From: Burkholderiaceae bacterium
GTDB taxonomy: Bacteria; Pseudomonadota; Gammaproteobacteria; Burkholderiales; Burkholderiaceae_E
Direction of reading: 5' to 3'
Length of the DNA: 64,000 bases
Assembly (NCBI GenBank): GCA_036525975.1
Contig: DATCZK010000001.1
Location: 5 to 64,004, forward strand
Part shown: positions 34,080 to 48,285 of the stretch, piece after piece
Numbering within the stretch: position 1 is the stretch's first letter
How the letters are laid out: every line of letters begins with the position of its first letter
Position numbers and translations under genes: made by a program
Notes under the pieces: generated by a model
The model's input: only the letters and a program-made list of their open reading frames with translations
What the model was told of the DNA's origin: nothing
The model's database searches: none

Positions 34080-35539
34080 CCGAAGAGATCCTCGTCAACC
34101 ACGCCGCGCACGAAACCCGGGTCGCGCTGATCGAGGAGGGGGTCGTGCAGGAGCTGCACATCGAGCGCGCGGCCACCCGCGGGCTCGCGGGCAACGTCTA
34201 CCTGGGCAAGGTCTCGCGCGTGCTCCCCGGCATGCAGTCGGCGTTCATCGACATCGGCCTCGAGCGCGCCGCTTTCCTGCACGTGGCCGACCTGTGGCAG
34301 TCGCGCGCGCAGGGCAACGGGTCGACCCAGGCCGTTCCGATCGAGAAGCTGCTGTTCGAGGGCCAGCCGCTGCTCGTGCAGGTGATCAAGGATCCGCTGG
34401 GCACGAAGGGCGCGCGGCTCTCCACGCAGATCAGCATCGCGGGCCGCCTGCTGGTGTTCCTGCCGCAGGATCCGCACATCGGCGTGTCGCAGCGCATCGA
34501 GAAGGAGGCCGAGCGCGTGCAGCTCAGGGCCCGGCTGCAGGCCGTCGTTCCGCCCGACGAGCGCGGCGGCTTCATCATCCGCACCTCGGCCGAGGGGGCC
34601 AGCGAGCAGGAATTCGCCGCCGACCTGGAATACCTGCGCACGCGCTGGCGCGAGATCCTCGAAGCGAGCCAGCACCTGCCGGCGCCGTCGCTGCTCTACC
34701 ACGAGCTGAGCCTCGCGCAGCGCATCGTGCGCGACGTCGCGCACCCGCACACCGCGTCGGTGCTGGTGGACTCCCGCGCCGAGACCGAGCGGCTCGCGGC
34801 ATTCGCGGCAACCTACGTGCCTGCGCTCGTGCCGTGCATCCGCCAGTACAGCGGCGAGCGCCCGCTGTTCGAGCTGCACGGCGTGGAAGACGAGATCGCG
34901 CGCGCGCTCGCGCGCCGCGTCGACCTGAAGTCCGGCGGCTACCTGATCATCGACCAGACCGAGGCGCTCACCACGATCGACGTCAACACGGGCGGCTACG
35001 TGGGCGGGCGCAGCTTCGACGACACGATCTTTCGCACCAACCTCGAGGCCGCGCACGTGATCGCGCGCCAGCTGCGCGTGCGCAACCTCGGGGGCATCAT
35101 CGTCGTGGACTTCATCGACATGGCGAGCGCCGAGCACCGCGAGTCGGTGCTCCAGGAGCTGCGCAAGGCGCTGGCGCGCGACCGCACCCGCACCTCGGTC
35201 AACGGCTTCACGGCGCTGGGCCTCGTGGAGCTCACGCGCAAGCGCACGCGCGAGTCGCTCGCGCACGTGCTTTGCGAGCCCTGCCCCGCCTGCGCGGGGC
35301 GCGGCGTGCTGCGCACGGCTCGAACCGTGTGCTACGAGATCCTGCGCGAGATCCGGCGCGAGTCGCAGCAGTTCAACCCGCGCGAGTTCCGGATCCTCGC
35401 CGCGCAGGACGTGATCGACCTCTTCCTCGAGGAGGAGGCGCAGTCGCTCGCCGCGCTGTGCGACGCCATCGGCAAGCAGGTCTCGTTGCAGGTGGAGTCG
35501 ATCTACACGCAGGAGCAGTACGACATCATCCTGATCTGA
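34076..35539 (+). CDS. rng: Ribonuclease G
   Basis: ATG at 34076 overlaps the maf stop (ATGA). MTEEILVNHAAHETRVALIEEGVVQELHIER..GNVYLGKVSRVLPGMQSAFIDIG.. is an S1 domain followed by the RNase E/G catalytic domain; 487 aa. Confidence 0.93.
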   Translation: MTEEILVNHAAHETRVALIEEGVVQELHIERAATRGLAGNVYLGKVSRVLPGMQSAFIDIGLERAAFLHVADLWQSRAQGNGSTQAVPIEKLLFEGQPLLVQVIKDPLGTKGARLSTQISIAGRLLVFLPQDPHIGVSQRIEKEAERVQLRARLQAVVPPDERGGFIIRTSAEGASEQEFAADLEYLRTRWREILEASQHLPAPSLLYHELSLAQRIVRDVAHPHTASVLVDSRAETERLAAFAATYVPALVPCIRQYSGERPLFELHGVEDEIARALARRVDLKSGGYLIIDQTEALTTIDVNTGGYVGGRSFDDTIFRTNLEAAHVIARQLRVRNLGGIIVVDFIDMASAEHRESVLQELRKALARDRTRTSVNGFTALGLVELTRKRTRESLAHVLCEPCPACAGRGVLRTARTVCYEILREIRRESQQFNPREFRILAAQDVIDLFLEEEAQSLAALCDAIGKQVSLQVESIYTQEQYDIILI

Positions 35540-35603
35540 ACCCGCCGGCCGGCCTGGAAACCCGATCGAACCGGCCCCGGCGAAAAGGCGCACGAACCAT
35601 CCG

Positions 35604-36626
35604 ATGACACCGACCACACTCGTCACTGGCGCTGCCGGCTTCATCGGCATGCACGTCTGCGAGCGCCTGCTCGCGCAAGGCCACCGCGTGGTCGGCCTCG
35701 ACAACCTCAACGACTACTACGACCCGGAGCTCAAGCGCGCGCGGCTCGCGCAGCTCGAGCCGCGCGACGGCTTCGAATTCGTCCGGCTCGACCTCGCCGA
35801 CAACCCGGCGGTGGACGCCGTGTTTCGCGACCGCCGCCCGGAGTTCGTCGTCCACCTCGCCGCGCAGGCGGGGGTGCGCTACGCGCTCGACCACCCGTTC
35901 AGCTACGTCGACAGCAACCTGCGCGGAACGGCCTCGGTTCTCGAGGGTTGCCGGCACCACCGCGTGCGCCACCTCGTGTGCGCGAGCAGCTCGAGCGTGT
36001 ACGGCGGCAACGCCAAGGTGCCGTTCTCCGAGCGCGACCCGGTCGACCACCCGGTGAGCCTGTACGCGGCCACCAAGCGCTCCAACGAGCTGATGGCGCA
36101 CAGCTACGCGCACCTGTTCGGCCTGCCGGTGACGATGCTTCGCTACTTCACCGTCTACGGCCCCTGGGGTCGGCCCGACATGGCGATCTGGAAGTTCAGC
36201 GACGGCCTGCTCTCGTCGAAGCCGATCGACGTCTTTGCCGGAGGTCACCTGTCGCGCGACTTCACGCACGTCGACGACGCCGCCGATGCCACGGTCGCGC
36301 TGCTCGGGCTCGCGCCGCAGGCGGCCGCTCCGGGGCAGGCCCCGGCCGCCGCGCGCCCGGACGCGAGCTGGGCGCCGTTTCGCGTGCTCAACGTCGGGCG
36401 CTCGGACCCGGTCACCGTGAACGAGCTGATCGGCCACCTCGAGCGGCTCACCGGCGCGCGCGCGATCCGCCGCGAGCTGCCGATGCAGCCCGGCGACGTG
36501 GAGCGCACCTGCGCCGACCCGTCCGCGCTTCGCGCGCTCACCGGATTCGAGCCCCGGGTGGCGCTGGCCGACGGGCTGGCGAGCTTCGTGGACTGGTTCC
36601 GCGGCTGGCGTACCCGCTCGCGCTAG
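35604..36626 (+). CDS. NAD-dependent epimerase/dehydratase (UDP-glucuronate 4-epimerase-like)
   Basis: 340 aa. It has LVTGAAGFIGMHV (GxxGxxG), YAATK (YxxxK) and FTVYGPWGRPDMA, as in nucleotide-sugar 4-epimerases. Confidence 0.9.
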   Translation: MTPTTLVTGAAGFIGMHVCERLLAQGHRVVGLDNLNDYYDPELKRARLAQLEPRDGFEFVRLDLADNPAVDAVFRDRRPEFVVHLAAQAGVRYALDHPFSYVDSNLRGTASVLEGCRHHRVRHLVCASSSSVYGGNAKVPFSERDPVDHPVSLYAATKRSNELMAHSYAHLFGLPVTMLRYFTVYGPWGRPDMAIWKFSDGLLSSKPIDVFAGGHLSRDFTHVDDAADATVALLGLAPQAAAPGQAPAAARPDASWAPFRVLNVGRSDPVTVNELIGHLERLTGARAIRRELPMQPGDVERTCADPSALRALTGFEPRVALADGLASFVDWFRGWRTRSR

Positions 36627-36707
36627 CGCCGGCGGCGCGGCGGCGACCGAGCCGCGCGACACCGAGCCTGGCGACATCGCGCCGCGCGATCGAGCCGCGC
36701 TTCGCGC

Positions 36708-38447
36708 TCAGGCGCCGCCCGAATACTGGATCCGGTGCAGCAGCGCGTAGGCGCCGCCGCGCGCAACGAGCTCGTCGTGCCGGCCCTGCTCCACGATGCG
36801 GCCGCCCTCGATCACCACGATGCGGTCGGCGCGCTCGATCGTGGACAGGCGGTGCGCGATCACCAGCGTCGTGCGCCCGGCCATCGTGCGCTCGAGCGCC
36901 GACTGCACCTCGCGCTCGGTGTGCGAATCGAGCGCCGACGTGGCCTCGTCGAGCAGCAGGATGGGCGCGTTCTTGTACAGCGCGCGCGCGATCGCGAGCC
37001 GCTGGCGCTGCCCGCCCGAGAGCGTGGCCCCGCGCTCGCCGATCACCGCGTCCAGGCCCGCGGGCAGGTCGCGCACGTAGGTCTCGAGCGCGGCCGCCGA
37101 GAGCGCGTCCCAGACCGCCTCGTCGCTCACCTCGCCATCGACCCCGAAAGCCACGTTGGCCCGCACCGTGTCGTTGAACAGCACGATGTCCTGGCTCACG
37201 AGCGCGAGCTGCGCGCGAAGGCTCTCGAGCGTGAGATCGTCGACCGCAACGCCGTCGATCAGCACGCGCCCCGAAGTGGGCGAGAGAAAGCGCGGAACGA
37301 GGTTCACCAGCGTCGTCTTCCCGCCCCCGGAAGACCCGACCAGCGCCACCAGCTCGCCCGCGCGCACGTCGAGGTCCACCTCGTGCAGCGCGTCGCGCTC
37401 GGCCCCCGGATACCGGAACGAGACGCGCTCGAAGCGCAGCGCCCCCGTTGCCCGCGCCATCGTGCGGCGCCCGGCGTCGGCTTCGGGCGGGTGGTCGATC
37501 AGCTGGAACACCCGCTCGGCCGCAGCCAGCCCGCGCTGCAGCGCGCTGTTGACGTCGGCGAGGCGCTTGAGCGGCGCGAGGAGCATCAGCATCGCGGTGA
37601 CGAAAGACACGAAGCCGCCCACCGTGACCTGGCCGTCGATCGACTGCGCGAGCGCGATCGAGACGACGATCGCCATCGCCACCGCCGCGCACAGCTGCGT
37701 GATCGGCACGGTGGCACCGCCGGCGATCGCGTTGCGCATCGCGAATCCGCGCAGCTGGTCCGACGTGCGCCCGAAGCTGAGCGCCTGCTGCGCGTAGGCG
37801 CCGAACACCTTGATCACCTTGTAGCCGTGCACCGCCTCCTCGACCACGCGCGTGAGCTCGCCCGTGTGCTCGAGGCTGCGCCGGTTGAGCATGCGCATGC
37901 GCCTGCTGAACGCCATCACCACCAGCGCGAACACCGGCATCAGCGCCAGCGCCACCAGCGTGAGCTCCCAGTTGAGGTACAGCAGCCAGCCGAGCAGGCC
38001 GACCAGGACGAGCGAGTCGCGCACCACGGTCGTGATCACGCTCGTGGTCGCCATCGTGACGTTGTTCACCTCGAACACGATCTTGGAGATGAGCTGGCCG
38101 GCGGCCTCGCGCTCGAAATCCGAAGCCGGCAGCCGCAGCACGCGCGAGAACATCTCGCGGCGAAGGTCCACCAGCACCTTGTTGGCCACCCAGGTGAGCG
38201 CGTAGTTGCTGGTGAAGGTTGCGATCCCGCGGACGACGAAGATCGCGATGATCGCCGCCGGCACGAACCAGATCGCGATCTCGCCGCGCCCGGCGAAGCC
38301 GTCGTCGAGCAGCGTCTTCATCAGCGCCGGGAACATCGGCTCGGTGGCCGCGGCGACCACCATCGCCACGAGCGCCCACCCCAATCCGCGAAGGTACGGA
38401 CGCGCGTAGCCGACCAGCCTTCGGTATATGGCGAGACTCTCGTTCAC
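36708..38447 (-). CDS. msbA: Lipid A export ABC transporter permease/ATPase
   Basis: 579 aa. A six-helix transmembrane domain is followed by an ABC domain: GSSGGGKTT (Walker A), [15 protein letters not shown] (signature), ILLLDEATSALD (Walker B). Confidence 0.9.
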   Translation of the reverse strand: MNESLAIYRRLVGYARPYLRGLGWALVAMVVAAATEPMFPALMKTLLDDGFAGRGEIAIWFVPAAIIAIFVVRGIATFTSNYALTWVANKVLVDLRREMFSRVLRLPASDFEREAAGQLISKIVFEVNNVTMATTSVITTVVRDSLVLVGLLGWLLYLNWELTLVALALMPVFALVVMAFSRRMRMLNRRSLEHTGELTRVVEEAVHGYKVIKVFGAYAQQALSFGRTSDQLRGFAMRNAIAGGATVPITQLCAAVAMAIVVSIALAQSIDGQVTVGGFVSFVTAMLMLLAPLKRLADVNSALQRGLAAAERVFQLIDHPPEADAGRRTMARATGALRFERVSFRYPGAERDALHEVDLDVRAGELVALVGSSGGGKTTLVNLVPRFLSPTSGRVLIDGVAVDDLTLESLRAQLALVSQDIVLFNDTVRANVAFGVDGEVSDEAVWDALSAAALETYVRDLPAGLDAVIGERGATLSGGQRQRLAIARALYKNAPILLLDEATSALDSHTEREVQSALERTMAGRTTLVIAHRLSTIERADRIVVIEGGRIVEQGRHDELVARGGAYALLHRIQYSGGA

Positions 38448-38486
38448 GGCCGGCCGGATTCTAGCAGCGCGAGCGCGCCGCGCGGC

Positions 38487-41945
<3,459 letters not shown>

Positions 41946-41992
41946 CGGTAAAATTCTAACGCCGCGCGACCGCGGTCGACGAAAGAAAAACC

Positions 41993-42874
41993 TTGACCTC
42001 GAACATCGACCATCGGCGCGCGATCGCGTTGCTCTGTTTTTGTGCGCTGTGCTGGAGCACGGCCGGCGTGTTCACGCGCCTGCTCGACAACGCCGAGGGC
42101 TTCCAGATCACCTTCTGGCGCAGCCTGTTCTGCGCGGCGGGGGTGTTCGCCGCGCTGCTCTGGACGCAGGGCCGGCACGCCCTCGTCGCGCTCGTGTCGA
42201 TGGGCCTGCCCGGCCTGGTCTCGGGGGCGATGTGGGCGGTGATGTTCACCTGCTTCATGCTCGCGCTCACGCGCACCAGCACCGCCAACACGCTGCTCGT
42301 CTCGAGCCTCTCGCCGCTGTTCGCCGCGATCCTCTCGCGCGTCGTCCTGGGCGAGCGCGTGGGGCCCGGCACCTGGCTGGCGATCGCGGCCGCGCTCGGC
42401 GGCATCTGGTGGATGGTGCGCGACGGCGTCTCGGGCGAGGGCGCGATCGGGATGATGATCGCGCTGGGCGTGCCGGTGGCCGCGGCGATCAACCTCGTCA
42501 CGCTGCGCAGGATGCGCGCGCGCGTCGACCTCGCCCCGGCGGTGCTGGTGGGCGCGGTGATCTCGTGCGCTGCCACGCTGCCGCTGGCCTGGCCGGTGGC
42601 GGCGAGCGCCTGGGACCTCTCGATCCTGGCGCTGCTCGGCCTGGGCCAGCTCGCGCTGCCGTGCATGCTGCTGGTGCGCGTCGCGCGCCACCTCGCGCCG
42701 CAGGAGATCGCGCTGATCGGCCTGCTCGAGGTGGTGCTCGGGCCGATCTGGTCGTGGCTCGGCGCCGGCGAGGCGATGGCCGCTTCCACCGTCCAGGGGG
42801 GCGTGGTCGTGCTCGCGGCGCTGGCGGCCAATGCCTGGCTCAGCCCCTCGCGCGCCGCCGCGACCCCGCCCTGA
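41993..42874 (+). CDS. DMT-superfamily transporter (EamA-like)
   Basis: 293 aa polytopic membrane protein with an EamA-like repeat pattern. It is divergent from dnaE. Confidence 0.85.
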   Translation: MTSNIDHRRAIALLCFCALCWSTAGVFTRLLDNAEGFQITFWRSLFCAAGVFAALLWTQGRHALVALVSMGLPGLVSGAMWAVMFTCFMLALTRTSTANTLLVSSLSPLFAAILSRVVLGERVGPGTWLAIAAALGGIWWMVRDGVSGEGAIGMMIALGVPVAAAINLVTLRRMRARVDLAPAVLVGAVISCAATLPLAWPVAASAWDLSILALLGLGQLALPCMLLVRVARHLAPQEIALIGLLEVVLGPIWSWLGAGEAMAASTVQGGVVVLAALAANAWLSPSRAAATPP

Positions 42875-42900
42875 GCGGCGGCTCGGTGCACAATCCGGCG

Positions 42901-43722
42901 ATGACCACCCGGGCTTCCGCGACCCCGACCATGCAGGCGCTCGCCCGGTTCGACGCGCGCGGCGTGGCCGGGCTGTTCACCGACATCGACGACACGCTCA
43001 CGACCGACGGGCGGATGCCGGTGGCCGCCTACGACGCGGTGCAGCGCCTCGCGAACGCCGGGCTGCCGGTGGTTCCGGTCACGGGCCGCTCGGCCGGGTG
43101 GGCGCACATGGCGCTGCACCTGTGGCCCGTGCGGGCCGTGGTCGCCGAGAGCGGCGGGGTGTGCCTGTACCGCGACCCGGCGAACCGCCTGCGCTGGATC
43201 TACCACGCGCCGCCCGAGCAGATCCACGGCGAGCGCGCGCGCCTGGCCGCGCTCGCCGCTCGGATCATGCGCGAGATACCGGGCCTCGCGCTGGCGTCGG
43301 ACAACGCGTTCCGGCTCGTGGACTTCGCGCTCGACTACTGCGAGCAGGTCGAGCGCGTGCCCGACGCGCTGGTCGCGCGGGCCGTGCGGATGTTTCGCGC
43401 CGAGGGCTTCCAGGCGCGCGCCAGCACCGTGCACGTGAACGCCTGGAGCGGCGAGTTCGACAAGGCGCCGATGGCGCTTCGCTACCTGCGCGAGGCGGGC
43501 CTCCCGCCCGATCAGGCCGACGCGAGCCGCTGGGCGTTCGTGGGCGACGCCCCGAACGACGTGTCGATGTTCGAGGCTTTCCCGCGCTCGGTGGGCGTGG
43601 CCAACATCCTGCGTTTTCGCGAGCAGCTGGGCGTCGCGCCCGCCTTCGTCACGCGCGCCGCGTACGCCGACGGGTTCGTCGAGCTCGCCGGGCACCTGCT
43701 CGCGGCGCGCGGCGCCGCCTGA
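42901..43722 (+). CDS. HAD-IIB family hydrolase
   Basis: ATG at 42901. It has GLFTDIDDTLT (the DxDxT nucleophile motif), ..PVTGRS.. and ..FVGDAPNDVSMF.. (HAD motifs II-IV); 273 aa. Confidence 0.8.
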   Translation: MTTRASATPTMQALARFDARGVAGLFTDIDDTLTTDGRMPVAAYDAVQRLANAGLPVVPVTGRSAGWAHMALHLWPVRAVVAESGGVCLYRDPANRLRWIYHAPPEQIHGERARLAALAARIMREIPGLALASDNAFRLVDFALDYCEQVERVPDALVARAVRMFRAEGFQARASTVHVNAWSGEFDKAPMALRYLREAGLPPDQADASRWAFVGDAPNDVSMFEAFPRSVGVANILRFREQLGVAPAFVTRAAYADGFVELAGHLLAARGAA

Positions 43723-43745
43723 GGGCGCGCCGGGCGGCAACCGCT

Positions 43746-44579
43746 TCAGAGGATTCGCCGGCGCACCGCGCTCACGACGATCTCGGCCGCGATCACGATC
43801 GCGAAGATCGAGACGAGGACCATCGCGACGCGATCCCACTGAAACAGGTTGAGCGCGGTGTCGAGCGCCATCCCGACCCCGCCCGCCCCGACGAGCCCCA
43901 GCACCGACGACTCGCGCACGTTGATGTCCCAGCGCAGCAGCACGATCGACCAGAACGCCGGCTTGATCGCCGGCCAGTAGCCGTACCACAGGCGCGACGA
44001 GGCGCTCGCGCCCGCGGCCGTGAGCGCCTCGATCGGCCCCGGGGCGGCCTCCTCGATGGCCTCGCCCACGAGTTTGCCGACGAAACCGATCGAGCGAAAG
44101 GCGATCGCGATCGTCCCGGCCAGCGGCCCGGGGCCGAACACCGCCACGAACAGCAGCGCCCACACCAGCGAGTTGACCGAGCGGCTCGAGACGAGGACGA
44201 GCCGCGCGATGAAGTTGAGCACCCGGCTGCGCGTGACGTTGCGCGCCGCCATCACGCCGAACGGGAGCGCCATGACCACGGCCAGCAGCGTTCCGAGCGA
44301 GGCGATGTGCAGCGTCTCGACCAGCGCGCGGTGCACGCCGTCCTGGTAGTGGTCCCAGGCGACCGGCCACATCCGCTGCAGCATGTCCTGGATCTGCACG
44401 TGCGCGTCGAGCAGGAATTCCGGGATCACCTCGACGGTGCGGATCGACTGCACGATCGCCGCAACGATCGCGAGCCAGACCAGCAGGCGCGCCAGCCGCT
44501 GGCCCAGCGTGTGGCGCTGCCAGGTCCGCTCGAGGACGCCTCCCCCCGCTCGGGCGCCCGCGGCCGTTGCCTGGGTCAC
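43746..44579 (-). CDS. phnE: Phosphonate ABC transporter permease PhnE (second copy)
   Basis: Real part of track ORF 43746..44672. It has ..RNVTRSRVLNFIARLVLVSSRSVNSLVWALLFVAVFGPGPLAG..EA.EEAAPGPIEAL.A.GAS... The GTG start at 44579 is my choice; ATG at 44663 is an alternative. Confidence 0.8.
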   Translation of the reverse strand: MTQATAAGARAGGGVLERTWQRHTLGQRLARLLVWLAIVAAIVQSIRTVEVIPEFLLDAHVQIQDMLQRMWPVAWDHYQDGVHRALVETLHIASLGTLLAVVMALPFGVMAARNVTRSRVLNFIARLVLVSSRSVNSLVWALLFVAVFGPGPLAGTIAIAFRSIGFVGKLVGEAIEEAAPGPIEALTAAGASASSRLWYGYWPAIKPAFWSIVLLRWDINVRESSVLGLVGAGGVGMALDTALNLFQWDRVAMVLVSIFAIVIAAEIVVSAVRRRIL

Positions 44580-44604
44580 GGCTTCGCGCCCCTGGCCGCG
44601 GGTC

Positions 44605-45480
44605 TCACAGCTCGCCCTCGGCCGGGCGGCGCACGACGCTCGCGCGGTGCTCGCCGCGCACATCGTGGCCACCGAAGAAGTCGCCCAGACCGCGACCGTC
44701 GACGAACACCGCGCGCACGAAATTCGCGAGAAACTCGCCGAACATGATGATCGCGATGATCGTCATCAGGATCGCCAGCACGAAGTCGTAGTCGAAGCGC
44801 TGGAATGCCGAGAACAGCGTGCCGCCCACGCCCCCGGCGCCCACGATCCCCACCATCGTGGAGTTGCGCAGGTTCGAGTCCAGCTGATAGGTGGAAAAGC
44901 CGACGAATCGCGCCAGCACCTGCGGCAGCACGCCGAAGCCGATCACGTTCATGAACGACGCGCCGGTGGCGCGCACGGCCTCGATCTGCTTCATCGAGAT
45001 CTCCTCGATCGCCTCGGTGAACAGCTTGCCGATGAAGCCGATCGAGGCAACCGCGAGCGCGAGGATTCCCGCGAGCGCCCCGAAGCCCACGGCCTTCACG
45101 AACAGGATCGCGACGATCACCGGGTGCAGCGTGCGGCACAGCGAAACGAAGCCGCGCACCGGCCAGGTGACCCACCCCGGCATCAGGTTGCGCGCGCCGA
45201 GCACGCCGATCGGGAGCGCGAGCCCGATCCCCAGCGCCGACGCCAGGACCGCGATCTGCAGGCTCTCGACGATGCCCTTGAGCAGAACGTCCCAGCGCGT
45301 GAAGTCCGGCGGGAGCATCCGCGCAATGAACCGGGCGCCGTTGTCCAGGCCGACCTGGAAGCGCTCGTAGGAGAAGTCGAGCTGCGCCGCCGCGTAGACC
45401 GCGTAGACCACCGCCACGAGGAACGTCGCGCGCTGCGCGGCGCCGGCCCTGAACGGGGCGGCCGAAGGCGCGCCGCTCAA
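44605..45480 (-). CDS. phnE: Phosphonate ABC transporter permease PhnE (first copy)
   Basis: Real part of track ORF 44605..45642. It has ..ESLQIAVLASALGIGLALPIGVLGARNLMP..RTLHPVIVAILFVKAVGFGALAG..EAIEEISMKQIEAVRATGAS... The only in-frame start near the phnC stop is TTG at 45480 (weak RBS), so the start is uncertain. Confidence 0.78.
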   Translation of the reverse strand: MSGAPSAAPFRAGAAQRATFLVAVVYAVYAAAQLDFSYERFQVGLDNGARFIARMLPPDFTRWDVLLKGIVESLQIAVLASALGIGLALPIGVLGARNLMPGWVTWPVRGFVSLCRTLHPVIVAILFVKAVGFGALAGILALAVASIGFIGKLFTEAIEEISMKQIEAVRATGASFMNVIGFGVLPQVLARFVGFSTYQLDSNLRNSTMVGIVGAGGVGGTLFSAFQRFDYDFVLAILMTIIAIIMFGEFLANFVRAVFVDGRGLGDFFGGHDVRGEHRASVVRRPAEGEL

Positions 45481-45499
45481 CGTGTGCCGCGGCGCACGA

Positions 45500-46261
45500 T
45501 CAAGCCGCCTCCTCGATCCAGGTCTCGCCGCCGTAGATCCGGCTGAGCGTGTCGTTGTCCAGCGCCTCGGCGCCGCCGTCGAACACGATCTCGCCGTTGG
45601 ACATGCCCACGATCCGGTCGGCGAAGCGCCGCGCGAGCGCAACGTCGTGCATGTTGGCGAGCACCGGAATCTCGTTCGCGCGGCCCTGCTCGCGCAGCAG
45701 CGTCATGATCTCTACCGAGGTCTTCGGGTCGAGCGACGATGTGGGTTCGTCGGCGAGCATCACGCGCGGGTTCTGCATCAGCGCGCGCGCGATCCCCACC
45801 CGCTGGCGCTGCCCGCCAGAGAGCGCGTCGGCGCGCTGGTTGACGAATTCGGACAGGCCCACCACCTCGAGCAGCGAGAGCGCGTGGGCAATGTCCTCCC
45901 GCGCGAACTTGCGCCGCCAGGCGTCGAAGGCGCCGACGTAACCGAGCCGCCCCGTGAGCAGGTTCTCCATCACGGTGAGCCGCTCGACCAGGTTGTACTC
46001 CTGAAAGACCATCCCGATCTTGCGGCGCGCCGCGCGCAGCGCCGCGCCCCCCAGGCGCGTGAGATCCTCGCCGTCGAGCAGGATCGATCCGCTCGTGGGC
46101 TCAACCAGCCGGTTGATGCAGCGGATCAGCGTGGACTTCCCCGTGCCCGAGGGCCCGATGATCGCGGTGAGCCCCGTGCCCTGGACCGCGAGGTCGATGC
46201 CCCTGAGCACGGGCTGCCCGCGCCGGTACTCCTTGACGAGCCCGGAAACGACGAGTGACAT
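45500..46261 (-). CDS. phnC: Phosphonate ABC transporter ATP-binding protein
   Basis: The start is [24 protein letters not shown].., with GPSGTGKST (Walker A), [15 protein letters not shown] and [11 protein letters not shown]; 253 aa. Confidence 0.92.
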   Translation of the reverse strand: MSLVVSGLVKEYRRGQPVLRGIDLAVQGTGLTAIIGPSGTGKSTLIRCINRLVEPTSGSILLDGEDLTRLGGAALRAARRKIGMVFQEYNLVERLTVMENLLTGRLGYVGAFDAWRRKFAREDIAHALSLLEVVGLSEFVNQRADALSGGQRQRVGIARALMQNPRVMLADEPTSSLDPKTSVEIMTLLREQGRANEIPVLANMHDVALARRFADRIVGMSNGEIVFDGGAEALDNDTLSRIYGGETWIEEAA

Positions 46262-46284
46262 CGGCCTCGCCCCCGCCCGCCGCG

Positions 46285-47283
46285 CTACTTCTTCTTCTTC
46301 GCGGCTTCTTTCGCGACTTCCTTCTCGTACTGGGTGCGGTTGAAGGCCTGCCCCGCGCCCTCGGCCACCTGGCGCACCACCGCCCAGTCTTTCTGGAACG
46401 TGATCGGGAAGAAGCGATCGGCGCCCGCGAAGGCTTTCTTCATCTCGTCGGGGAAGCGATAGGCGTAGAAGCAATCGAGGATCTTCTTCGACAGCGCGGG
46501 TTCGAGGTCGTGCGCGATCGCGAACGAGGAGGTCGGGAACTTGGCGCTGCGATAGATGATGCGGAAGTCATCTTCCTTGATCTGGCCGCGCGACGCCATG
46601 CGCTCGAAGACGTCGGAGGCGACCGCGGCGCCGTCGTAGTCGCCGCTGTTCACGCCCATGACCGACTGGTCGTGCTTGCCCGAGAACAGGATCTTGTAGT
46701 CCTTGTCGGGCGTGAGGCCCTGCGACGGGAACAGCGCCATCGGGGCCATGTGGCCGGAGTTCGACGAGGGCGACGTGTGCGCGAATTTCTTGCCCTTGAG
46801 CTCGGCCAGCGTCTTGTACGGGCTGTCCTTCTTCACGATCACGATCAGGTTGTAGCCCTGGAACTCCTTCTCGGTGCCTTTCACCGCGAAGGGCACGGCG
46901 CCGGCGATGTTCACCGCGAAGGCGGTGGGGCCGGTGGAGAATCCCCCGACGTGCAGCCGCCCGGAACGCATCGCCTCGATCTCGGCGGCATTGCTCTGGA
47001 CCTGGAAGAACACCACCCGCTTGGACGTGCACTGGGCGAGGTAGTCGGTGAAGGGATTGAAGATCTTCTCGTAAACTGCCGGATCTTCCACCGGGGTGTA
47101 GGTGAAGACGATGGTCGAGGGGTTCTTCAGTTTCTTCGCGTCGCTGGGGGTGTCGGCGACGAGATCCTTGTTCGCGTCGCAGAACTGCGGGTCGAGATCC
47201 CCGCGGTTGGGGCAGCTGTCCTGGGCGAATGCGACGCCCGAAACCGCGAACGCAGCCAGGAATGCGAGCAATTGCTTGCGCAT
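46285..47283 (-). CDS. phnD: Phosphate/phosphite/phosphonate ABC transporter substrate-binding protein
   Basis: 332 aa with signal peptide ..SGVAFA/QD. PhnD-like pattern (..FTYTPVEDP..; ..[11 protein letters not shown]..). It carries an unusual Lys-rich C-terminal tail, KEAAKKKK. Confidence 0.9.
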   Translation of the reverse strand: MRKQLLAFLAAFAVSGVAFAQDSCPNRGDLDPQFCDANKDLVADTPSDAKKLKNPSTIVFTYTPVEDPAVYEKIFNPFTDYLAQCTSKRVVFFQVQSNAAEIEAMRSGRLHVGGFSTGPTAFAVNIAGAVPFAVKGTEKEFQGYNLIVIVKKDSPYKTLAELKGKKFAHTSPSSNSGHMAPMALFPSQGLTPDKDYKILFSGKHDQSVMGVNSGDYDGAAVASDVFERMASRGQIKEDDFRIIYRSAKFPTSSFAIAHDLEPALSKKILDCFYAYRFPDEMKKAFAGADRFFPITFQKDWAVVRQVAEGAGQAFNRTQYEKEVAKEAAKKKK

Positions 47284-47377
47284 GGTTGGTCTCCTCGATT
47301 GACGTTGTTCGGCGGGACGCTGTGGCCCCGGCGTGTGGCGCGATTATAGACGGCCCGTGCAACCCGCTTCTCCGACG

Positions 47378-48277
47378 ATGACGCATCGCCCGCCCCCTTC
47401 GCGATACATCGGCCGCTTCGCCCCCTCGCCCACCGGCCCGCTGCACGCGGGCTCGCTGGTCGCGGCAATGGGCAGCTACCTCGACGCGCGCGCCCACGGC
47501 GGGCTTTGGCTGATTCGGATCGAAGACCTCGACCCGCCGCGCGAGGTTCCCGGCGCGAGGCGCGCGATCCTCGAAGCGCTGCGCGCGCTCGGCTTCGAGC
47601 ACGACGGCGCCGTGGAGCTGCAGAGCGAGCGCGGCGCGCACTACGCGCGCGCGTTCGAGCGGCTGCGCGCGCTGGGCCTCGTGTACCCCTGCGCGTGCAC
47701 GCGCCGCGAGATCGCCGATTCGGCCCTTCCCGGCGCCGGCGGGGCGCAGCGCGGCCGCGAGCTCGTCTATCCGGGCACCTGCCGCAACGGGCTGCCCCCC
47801 GGACGCGAGCCGCGCGCCTGGCGCGTGCGCGTGGGCGACGCCACGATCGCGTGGCGCGACCGCGCGGCCGGCGCGCGCACCGAGCGCCTGGCCGAGCGGG
47901 TGGGCGACTTCGTGCTGCGCCGCGCAGACGGGCTGTGGGCCTACCAGCTGGCCGTGGTCGTCGATGACGCCCTGCAGCAGATCAGCGACGTCGTGCGCGG
48001 CGAGGACCTGATCGATTCGACCGCGCGACAGGTCTACCTGCAGCGATCGCTCGGCTTTCCGACTCCCCGCTACCTGCACCTGCCGCTGGTTCTCGCCGGG
48101 GACGGCGAGAAGCTCTCGAAGCAAAACGGCGCCCGCGCGATCGACACGGCCCGCCCGCTCGAAGCGCTCGGACAGGCGCTCGCGCACCTCGGCGTGGATC
48201 CGCCCGCGGCCCGCTCGGTGGCCGACTTCTGGCCGGCGGCGGTGGCCGCGTGGCGGCAGTCTCGCTGGATGCGCTGA
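47378..48277 (+). CDS. gluQ: tRNA glutamyl-Q(34) synthetase
   Basis: The start is [30 protein letters not shown] (HIGH-type motif), with ..[10 protein letters not shown] (KMSKS-type motif). Its truncated GluRS length (299 aa) is typical of GluQRS. Confidence 0.9.
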   Translation: MTHRPPPSRYIGRFAPSPTGPLHAGSLVAAMGSYLDARAHGGLWLIRIEDLDPPREVPGARRAILEALRALGFEHDGAVELQSERGAHYARAFERLRALGLVYPCACTRREIADSALPGAGGAQRGRELVYPGTCRNGLPPGREPRAWRVRVGDATIAWRDRAAGARTERLAERVGDFVLRRADGLWAYQLAVVVDDALQQISDVVRGEDLIDSTARQVYLQRSLGFPTPRYLHLPLVLAGDGEKLSKQNGARAIDTARPLEALGQALAHLGVDPPAARSVADFWPAAVAAWRQSRWMR

Positions 48278-48285
48278 AGCGGCGA

